Part shown: positions 46,386 to 57,000 of the stretch, one piece after another
Numbering within the stretch: position 1 is the stretch's first letter
How the letters are laid out: every line of letters begins with the position of its first letter
NCBI GenBank assembly: GCA_002269645.1
Contig: NIVC01000299.1
Coordinates: forward strand, 268,598-332,597
Length of the DNA: 64,000 nucleotides
DNA from: Macrostomum lignano
Taxonomy: Eukaryota
Direction of reading: 5' to 3'
Program-made: the position numbers and the translations under genes
The notes under the pieces: generated by a model
Told to the model about the DNA's origin: nothing
Database searches by the model: none
The model's input: only the letters and a program-made list of their open reading frames with translations

Positions 46386-47565
46386 CCACTCTGATCCAAC
46401 TGTTCGTGTTTGGCTAGATTAGCAATCCACTCTGATCCAACTGTTCGTGTTTGGCTAGATTAGCAATCCACTCTAATCCAACTGTTCGTGTTTGGCTAGA
46501 TTAGCAATCCACTCTAATCCAACTGTTCGTGTTTGGCTAGATTAGCAATCCACTCTGATCCAATGGTTCGTGTTTGGCTAGATTAGCAATCCACTCTAAT
46601 CCAACTGTTCGTGTTTAACTAGATTAGCAATCCACTCTGATCCAATGGTTCGTGTTTGGCTAGATTAGCAATCCACTCTAATCCAACTGTTCGTGTTTGG
46701 CTAGATTAGCAATCCACTCTGATCCAACTGTTCGTGTTTGGCTAGATTAGCAATCCACTCTAATCCAACTGTTCGTGTTTGGCTAGATTAGCAATCCACT
46801 CTGATCCAATGGTTCGTGTTTGGCTAGATTAGCAATCCACTCTGATCCAACTGTTCGTGTTTGGCTAGATTAGCAATCCACTCTGATCCAACTGTTCGTG
46901 TTTGGCTAGATTAGCAATCCACTCTAATCCAACTGTTCGTGTTTGGCTAGATTAGCAATCCACTCTAATCCAACTGTTCGTGTTTGGCTAGATTAGCAAT
47001 CCACTCTGATCCAATGGTTCGTGTTTGGCTAGATTAGCAATCCACTCTAATCCAACTGTTCGTGTTTGGCTAGATTAGCAATCCACTCTGATCCAATGGT
47101 TCGTCTTTGGCTAGATTAGCAATCCACTCTGATCCAACTGTTCGTGTTTGGCTAGATTAGCAATCCACTCTAATCCAACTGTTCGTGTTTGGCTAGATTA
47201 GCAATCCACTCTAATCCAACTGTTCGTGTTTGGCTAGATTAGCAATCCACTCTGATCCAATGGTTCGTGTTTGGCTAGATTAGCAATCCACTCTGATCCA
47301 ATGGTTCGTGTTTGGCTAGATTAGCAATCCACTCTAATCCAACTGTTCGTGTTTGGCTAGATTAGCAATCCACTCTGATCCAATGGTTCGTCTTTGGCTA
47401 GATTAGCAATCCACTCTGATCCAACTGTTCGTGTTTGGCTAGATTAGCAATCCACTCTAATCCAACTGTTCGTGTTTGGCTAGATTAGCAATCCACTCTA
47501 ATCCAACTGTTCGTGTTTGGCTAGATTAGCAATCCACTCTGATCCAATGGTTCGTGTTTGGCTAG
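46386..47565. repeat. 41-bp minisatellite (CCACTCTGATCCAACTGTTCGTGTTTGGCTAGATTAGCAAT), about 29 copies
   Basis: Direct periodicity; shares the core TAGATTAGCAATCCA with the 21-bp array. Confidence 0.95.
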
Positions 47566-48057
47566 GTTCTGTTTGAAATTCTTTCCTGTTGGCTAGACTA
47601 GCAATCCATTGTAATCCCTGACGGAGCGGACCTGACTGCCCAGCCGCGTGGCAGACCCGGAAGCGATATTCCGGCAGCAGAAGCGATGGAGCTGGTCCCG
47701 TCTTCCACACGGCAAGCCTCCAAGTCCGGTTGCTCAGAGGCGTCGGCACAGGGGGGGGGGGCGGCGGCTCCCTCGCCGGATTTGCCCCCTCCTTGGGAGC
47801 CATTCAACCGTGGCGCGCCCGGCCCCGGCGGTTCTTGAGAGGCGGGGGGGGTGGCTGAGTTGGGAAGAGGGAGAGGGAGAGGCGGAGGGGAGGGAAGGAG
47901 AATGGGAAAATGACTACAAGAGCCCCTGCAGGCCGCGCCGCTGCCAGGAGAGCCTCCACTTCGTTCCCCCGGCAACCAGGGCTCGCAGCCGCAGCCCCAG
48001 CTTGAGAAGTTTCGCGGCGGATTAGTCTCTAAGAAAATCAGATCGGTCGGATTAGCA

Positions 48058-51000
48058 ATGGCGAGTTTGCCGGTTTTATTGACGTTGCTGTTGGCGACCT
48101 GGGCTGCTCTGCTTGGCTGGCAAGCCGCTCACTGCAAGCAGAACGGTGAGTTTCTTATTGATTGAGACTGTTCAGGGATTAGTGCTCAGATTTCGAACCT
48201 TCAATGGGAATTTCTTGGATTCTTGGAATTTTCCGGAGAGGCAAATTTAAAGACGAGTTACAAGTACTTAGATGGCTAGACCTTCAGAGGGTTAATAACT
48301 CATTCAAGCCTTCAGGGGGAATAAAAGTTAACTGAACCTTCAGGGGGAATAAAAAGCTATTCAAGCTTCAGGAGTAATAGAAAGTCGTCTAAACCTTCAG
48401 GGAAAATGCAAAGTTGTCCAAAACTTCAGGGGTAATAGAAAGTCGTCTAAACCTTCAGGGAGAATGCAAAGTTGTCCAAAACTTCAGGGGTAATAGAAAG
48501 TCGTCTAAACCTTCAGGGAGAATGCAAAGTTGTCCAAAACTTCAGGGGTAATCGAAAGTCGTCTAAACCTTCAGGGAGAATACAAAGTTGTCCAAAACTT
48601 CAGGGGTAATCGAAAGTCGTCTAAACCTTCAAGGAGAATACAAAGTTTTCCAAAACTTCAGGGGTAATAGAAAATCGTCTAAACCTTCAGGGAGAATGCA
48701 AAGTTGTCCAAAACTTCAGGGGTAATCGAAAGTCGTCTAAACCTTCAGGGAGAATACAAAGTTGTCCAAAACTTCAGGGGTAATCGAAAGTCGTCTAAAC
48801 CTTCAGGGAGAATACAAAGTTTTCCAAAACTTCAGGGGTAATAGAAAATCGTCTAACCCTTCAGGGAGAATGCAAAGTTGTCCAAAACTTCAGGGGTAAT
48901 CGAAAGTCGTCTAAACCTTCAGGGAGAATACAAAGTTGTCCAAAACTTCAGGGGTAATAGTCAGCCGAGTTCATAAAAAGACAGAAAAACTGAGACATCA
49001 GCTTGCCTCCCGCGTCGGAAAAAGTTTGCCCAACACCGAATTTTGTCGACGTCTCCATAAATAATGCCTCCCCCATCCGATGCAGATGGAGAGCCCAGCC
49101 TCATTAATTTGCACCGCTCAACTGAAGCTCTGAGCCCCCGTTCGAGACCCTTCTCTCTTTCTCTCTCTTTCTAGCTCTCTTCGCTTTACTTCTCTCCTCA
49201 GGGAAATTAGTCCTGGCCTTGGAGAACCCGCTAGCGACCAATTTTATGGCTTCATCTGGACTCGAGACTCGCGCAGCCTCCGGTCTAGACTAGTCTTGGC
49301 CTCAGATCCTCTGTCCTACGAGAAATCCCCCCCAAATCCTCATTTGGATCGACTGAAATACAGAGAAACAGCTGATTTTTAGACTGTCCTGTGCCTTCTA
49401 CTCTACTGCTAGTAGGGCTGGACAGGCAGAGGGAATCTCTCTCAGATGAGCATGGACTCAATAGGGAATCTCTCTCAGATGAGCATGGACTCAATGGGGA
49501 ATCTCTCTCAGATGATCATGGACTCAATGGGGAATCTCTCTCAGATGAGCATGGACTCAATGGGGAATCTCTCTCAGATGATCATGGACTCAATGGGGAA
49601 TCTCTCTCAGATGATCATGGACTCAATGGGGAATCTCTCTCAGATAAGCATGGACTCAATGGGGAATCTCTCTCATATGAGCATGGTAGCTACGCTACCT
49701 CGGGCCGAACCCGTCCATTGACGAGGTTTGCCAGCCCGACAGCATCCCACGGCTCATCCAGTTCCTTCGGGCGACTAGACGAGCCAGTTTCTTCCCAACG
49801 GAAGATCACGCTGCAGGACGGACCGGCGGACCACCCTGACCGGCCCCACGCCTCTGCCTGTCTGCGGGCCTTCAGGGGCTAGCGGAATGGGCGACCCTCG
49901 CCTCCCCGCTGTGTCTACGGACCACCCTGCAGCTAAGTAAGTAAGTAAGAGCATGGACTCAATGGGGAATCTCTCTCAGATGAGCATGGACTCAATGGGG
50001 AATCTCTGTCAGATGAGCAAGGACTCAATGGGGAATCTCTCTCAGATGAGCATGGACACAATGGAGAATCTCTCTCACCCAGTATAGTCTGGATACATTT
50101 CTAAAGATACTTCTCCCTTGCTACCAAACAGTAGTATGAACTGCACTTTAGCTGCAAAAAATGTGTGGACAGGAAAAGCAGAAAAGAAGCAAAAAGCAAG
50201 GCATGCTTCGGAGGGAAAATTTTCAGTCTCTTCACTCGGTTTCGGACAAGAAATTCGCGGCCGAACCAAAAAAGTGGAGGGTTCGAAAGGGTTTTTTGCC
50301 GTCCACCTGGCTTGATCGCTTTTTCATAATCTGTTTTTGCTTCTTGCCTGTCGCGAACAAGCAGAGAAAATGCAGTCACATCGGTCACGTGCCTGCGGTG
50401 CTTCTTCCTTTAAATTCTTTTGCCGAGAGGCGGATCGGAGAGCCGAATCCTTTGACATCAGGGGGTGGCGGCTCGGGCACAAAGGAAGCTGCAGAGGGGC
50501 GGATTAGATGGAGCAATCTGAGTTGGGGATTCTGTTTCATGCCTATTCTCAATGCCAAAATTTGAGCTGTAGGGATTTGTATGTAAACAGGGCGATTTTT
50601 TTATGGACTAAAATTCCTGCAGTAAAACGTGTGTTCAGAGAATTTGAAGCTTATGAAGCCACGGACACACCACGGATGCACCATGGACACACCATGGACA
50701 CACCATGGACACACCATGGACACACCATGGACTCACCACGGACACACCACGGATGCACCATGGACACACCATGGACACACTATGGAATACGCTCGTACCG
50801 TGACACAACATGGACACAACTGATGCCATGGACACACCATGGTCACAGCTGATACCACAGACACACAGCTAATACCACAGACACACAGCTAATACCACAG
50901 ACACACAGCTGATACCACAGACACACAGCTGATACCACAGACACACAGCTAATACCACAGACACACAGCTGATACCACAGACACACAGCTGATACCACAG

Positions 51001-54000
51001 ACACACAGCTGATACCACAGACACACAGCTGATATCACAGACACACAGCTGATACCACAGACACACAGCTGAGACACACAGCTGATACCACAGACACACA
51101 GCTAATACCACAGACACACAGCTGATACCACAGACACACAGCTGATACCACAGACACAGCTGATACCACAGACACACAGCTGATACCACAGACACACAGC
51201 TGATATCACAGACACACAGCTGATACCACAGACACACAGCTGATACCACAGACACACAGCTAATACCACAGACACACAGCTGATACCACAGACACACAGC
51301 TGATACCACAGACACACAGCTGATACCACAGACACACAGCTGATACCACAGACACACAGCTGATACCACAGACACACAGCTGATACCACAGACACACAGC
51401 TGATACCACAGACACACAGCTGATACTACAGACACACAGACACATAAAGATGCCTAATCTATGGACAGATTTAAGCCAGTTTTCGACATTTTTATTATTT
51501 TATTTGAGCACAAGAGGGAAAGCACAAGGCCTGAATTCCATTCAGCATTTCCTGACGCGAGATTAACGCGGGATTAACAGATTAACGGGCTCGCCAGTAA
51601 ACTGGGGCCGTCGCTCTGTCAATGGCCGCCTTCCTGTCCTCTTCGCTCTGGCAAGCAGGAAGCGCCACCCGGCTTTCACGGCGATAGGAAGTGGCTTCTG
51701 ACTCCCAGCTCCCCTCTCGGCAGTTAATTATTCAGGTATTGGGGGAGAAAGGAAGTGCTGGATCAGCTGGCAGAGGGGGGAGCACAGGAAGAAGGGATTA
51801 TTTGCCAGTTGACTTTGAATGCTTCGAAGAAACACACACAAGAGTGCCGGCCTGCAAGGCGTGGCGGGGATCTGGGAGCTCTGGTCGGATCCGGGATCGG
51901 GCACCACTGCAATACATTATTGATTTTATTCGCCTCCCTCTTGTTTCGCACCAGTCCAAGAGGCTGCATAATTTACTGCCGCTATCTAGGAGCTAGTGTA
52001 GCCCCACCTTCTGAATGAGTTCAGGCCGGGGACGTCTGAATGCCTGGACTGGAAAGCCGCCAACAATGTTGGAAGCTCAGGCAGTAAAACTTTGCGGACA
52101 TAAAATTGTTCGAAGCAAAACTGAGGCTGAATTTGTCCTGCACTACCCCCCCCCCCCAGATTTTTATCCCCAACTGATGGATGACCAAAACTCCTCCCTG
52201 TGCCCCAGTAGCAGCCATTGAAGCTGCTTTTCATTTGAGCAGCTGGGCGCGCGTCTCATGCCTTGCTTAGTCCGAGGCCTGCCTCGAGTTAATCCTCCAG
52301 TTTGATTACTTCGCATGATGGGCCGGCCTGATAGAGACGGAGGTAGGGGCAGGCAGACAGATAGCTGGAGTAGGGAGTGGCGCGGCAGCTCAGGAGGCTG
52401 TCACCCTGTGTTTGCGTCCTCGATGTTGCACTGCTTGGGATATGGGATCTGACAGACAAGCCATTTTCTGGGAGGCCTCTTCCCCGATCTCCTCTCCCGG
52501 AACAGAGTCCGAACTCTCTAAGGCAGCTCTCCCCCTCGGGGCAGAGCCCGGGAGGGGTGGCTGGACATTCGAACTCAAAACTCGAGCCAAAAGTTGAGTG
52601 TCACGCGTGATGCTGCATGATTAGAAAGGTGGGCGAGCTGAGGAGTTAGGGGCAGAGATCTGATCGCCACCTTGTACTGGACTCTTCATTTTGCTTTGAT
52701 ACTTTTATCAAAGCACAGATATTCGAGGTTTTAGGTCCATGAATTTTTTAGCTTGTGCGATGTGCTTGGTCTTCGTCGACATGACATTTCCAGCTTGTGC
52801 GATGTGCTTGGTCTTCGTCGACATGACATTTCCAGCTTGTGCGATGTGCTTGGTCTTCGTCGACATGACATTTCCAGCTTGTGCGATGTGCTTGGTCTTC
52901 GTCGACATGACATTTCCAGCTTGTGCGATGTGCTTGGTCTTCGTCGACATGACATTTCCAGCGTGTGCGATGTGCTTGGTCTTCGTCGACATGACATTTC
53001 CAGCTTGTGCGATGTGCTTGGTCTTCGTCGACATGACATTTCCAGCTTGTGCGATGTGCTTGGTCTTCGTCGACATGACATTTCCAGCTTGTGCGATGTG
53101 CTTGGTCTTCGTCGACATGACATTTCCAGCTTGTGCGATGTGCTTGGTCTTCGTCGACATGACATTTCCAGCTTGTGTGATGTGCTTGGTCTTCGTCGAC
53201 ATGACATTTCCAGCTTGTGTGATGTGTTTGGTCATCGAAGACACGATATTCCCAGCAAGTGAATTGCGAATCCCTTTTTAAATTTTAGATTGCATGTTTA
53301 TTGAAGCGTGTGCAGAAAAAAGCACCTAAAATTTCTAGGAAAGCTTAAATATAGAGTTCAATATCAGGAGCATAGAGACCCTGCAGTTAATGCGTTTTTG
53401 CTTCTCAATTTTTTCAACTCAACGCTTTGAACCCTGCCGCAGAGCCCTCCTCAGTTCTGTTCAGAGTCTGCCTCCCCCTTCTCCAGTCTAGTATTGTGTT
53501 CACCTCTGCTCCTTGGCAAAAAGCGGCACAGATGCGGAGAGAAGGGCGAGAGAGCAGGGAGACAGGAAGCGAATTGAAATTGGCGCTTCTTGTGGCGCCG
53601 CGACTCAAATCCGTGCCGGCAGGAGAGTTCGGGAAAATCGGGCAGCGCGACGCGGAAAGCAGCTGTGATTACTTAATTAGGACCCGGCGAGGGGTTAATC
53701 AAATGAAAACGCAAAAAAAGAGAAAAAAAGCGATGGGAGGACGTTCCAGCAATCGCGGAGCTCTCCTATCCCTCTCGGCCCCTCTCCCCCTCCCCCTGTT
53801 TTCTTTCTATTTTCCCCGAGTGCTGCATCAATGCTTGGGCAGGCTGTGCACTGAGGCTCTGGATGTGCCGGCCCGACCCTTGCCCGCCAGTGTACAGGCT
53901 CGCCAGAAGCAAGCGGCTACTAGCCTGAAGGCCTTGCAGCTCTCTGCCTCTCGAAGCCCAGGGCTGCAGTCAGTCTGTTTAGCAAGACGTTAATCTTTAT

Positions 54001-57000
54001 TTTTTGGAGCGCAGAAATAATGCCAGAAGAACATCAAAGAAGAAAGAGAGGCGAGGGAGGCATTGCGGCACACTTGGCTGAGCAAAGCAAATTAAGTCAC
54101 AAGCTGAGATGCTGGCTAGTGTTTCTGATCGATGGCTAACAAGCTTGAATGCTATTTGACTTAGTGCTGGCTGACTTAGCACATTGCTACCGACATGTAG
54201 AGTAAATTACTTTATAAGGCTCTCGAAACCTTTTAGATAATTTGAAATCACTTCAATTACAGAGTCTGACGCACAGAGGCTGGAGGTCCCCTGCGACAAA
54301 CCTCATTGCGCTGCATTTTGAGATTTTCCAATTCATTAATGTGGTTGGGAGAGATGCATTCAATGCTATATTAAAAATCTAAATATGAAGCTTCATCTGA
54401 CAGAATCAGCAGCCAGTCGATAGAGATGGATAATTAATTGAAATAGCTACGGGGGGCATCGGCGTGGGTTCTACACAATGCAGCAGAGAATTTTTGAGCT
54501 GCACACCATCCATCATCTATCCAGAATCCTACTCTGCCTCATCATCATTGCTGATTTCGCTCCCGCCAGCCCCAACAACACCCTCCTGCGGCGGAGGCTC
54601 TCGGGCTGAATAAGTGGGCATCTGGCTGAGTGAGGGATCGGACAGACAGGCGGAGGCGGGCAGGCGGACGGGAAGTTTCCCGCTAATGGCGGTCAAATGC
54701 CCGCAGCATCTGAGTGGGAGGGGGTTCGGGCCGGGTAGCCCAAGTCCTTGTTTTCTAACAGCGCCTCCCCCCCCCCTCTTCCATAAAATATCCCCACCAG
54801 CCCTCAGCCCACGGTAGCAGATCGCCTCTCTGCGCAGCCTGCACCAGCCGCTTTAACTATCGTTTTGTTCCACCCTCACTGCTCCCTCCCTTCCTCCCCT
54901 CTCCTATCTCTCTCCACCATACTGACTGCAGTGCATTGGCCTTGGGTCGTAAGTTTCAAACGCAAGCAAGCAGTACTTCGGGCGCAATGAGCGTTGGCCG
55001 CTGAACTGTCTGTAGTGCGCCAGAGCCTACCCTAAGCCCTTGTTTGTCCTCCCACCAGCCAATCAGCCGCCAGCTCTGTCCCCCAACTCCCGTCTCTCTC
55101 TGTATAATAAAATTCTCCTAAAACGTTTGTCTCTGTGGCGTTTTTGGTTTCTGTCTTTATCCATACGGAGCGCATTGAAAGTGCTTTTAGTACAATCAGT
55201 AGTTTTACTATACCGATCATTATACAGTATTGAGTAGCTGCTTGACAATGCGGGCCCTCTGGCTAGCGGTGACAGTGTTATTTGTTCAGTTTAGTAAGCC
55301 TCTTCGCAGTCGCTGAGTTCTGTTATAAATTTTACTAAAACGAAGCCGAAAAAATGACCTGTGAATCCGGTTTTATTGCAGAGTCGATCGCACTGTCAGA
55401 CGAGAAGACGCTGATCAAGAAGATTCTGTTGGACTACAAAACAGCCGGCGTCGATGGCAGGCCGGTGCAGAACACCACGGATGTGGTCACCGTGCAGTTC
55501 GGCCTGGGCCTGATCCAGATCCTTGACCTGGACGAGAAGAACCAGGTCCTCACCATCAAAGTCTGGTCAAGATTTGTGAGTTGTGTATCTTTTATCTGCA
55601 TGCAATGTACGATGTCTTCGTGTATACAGACAGACAACCGCTATGGGAAAGAAAATGCCAGGCTCCAGTGAAAAAAAATCGATTTTGGTTAGTTACTCTT
55701 TCTTACGAGTAGAAGCTAGCACGAAACTGTTTGAAAAGTACGCTTTTCCGTTTGCGCAAACAGCAATTGAGTAATGTCTAAAATTGTAACAAATTCCAGT
55801 CATGGACAGATCAGCTTTTGCAGTGGAACGCGACACAGTACAATGGCGTGTCCGAAGTTCGAATCCCGACTAGAGACGTCTGGACGCCGGACATCGTGCT
55901 TTACAATTAGTGAGTGCAGACTTTTACCACCAATGACAAGGAGAGCGTGTCTTCGCGTTAAGTGGAGCTTCTCTGACCGCGACAGCCTAAGCCAACCCTG
56001 GGACAGCCCTAACCAACCCTGCGACAGCCCTAAGCCAACCCTGCGACAGCCCTAAGCCACCCTGGGATAGCCTTAACCAACCCTGCGACAGCCCTAAGCC
56101 AACCCTGGGACAGCCCTAAGCCAACCCTGCGACAGCCCTAACCAACCCTGCGACAGCCCTAAGCCAACCCTGGGACATACCCGGTACTGTAAAACGTTAT
56201 TCAATGGACTCAACGACCTCTCTCTCCAAATCCGCTCTCCAGTGCCGACGAGCGTCTCAAAGAGCAGCGCGAGGTGATGATTGTGACGAACCACACAGGC
56301 CGGGTGATCTGGATCCCCCAGCAATCTACAAGTCCACCTGCCAGGTAGACATCACCAACTTTCCATTCGATCAGCAGAGTTGTCACCTAAAATTCGGCAG
56401 TTGGACCTACGACGGATTTAAGCTGGACATCCAGTTCTATCAGAACAAGTCCAACATCAGCACGGATGACTACATCCAGTCCAACGAGTGGCACATTGTG
56501 GCCCTGCCCGCCACCAGGAATGTCAAGTTCTACCCCTGCTGCAACGAGCCCTACCCGGACCTCACCTTCTTTCTGTTGTAAGTTGCATTGATTAGTGCTG
56601 AAATTCACAACCAATACACTACAGGCTCTGTAGTGCACGCTAATCTACTACATCTTCAGCTGACAATCCTGCGACAGATATTACACATTGTATTGCTGAT
56701 GAACCTCAACTATATATGCGTGTATTCAGACCCATTGCACCCCATTTAGCTCGTATTGCGTAATTAAATTTCACAAGAGAGTAATGCGCCGCAGGTCCAC
56801 TACCGTTGAACCACCCACGTAAATAAAGTTGGCTCAATTAAGCTTTCACACTCCACTTAAGCCTGGAAACTCACTTTTCAATAGCTAGGCACCGAATCTC
56901 ACCGGCCCCAGTTAATTTAGACACCAACCCCGTTAGGCCACCGACCCTCCCCGGTTTTATTGCTCTACAACCGGCCCCAGTTAATTTAAACATCAACCCC

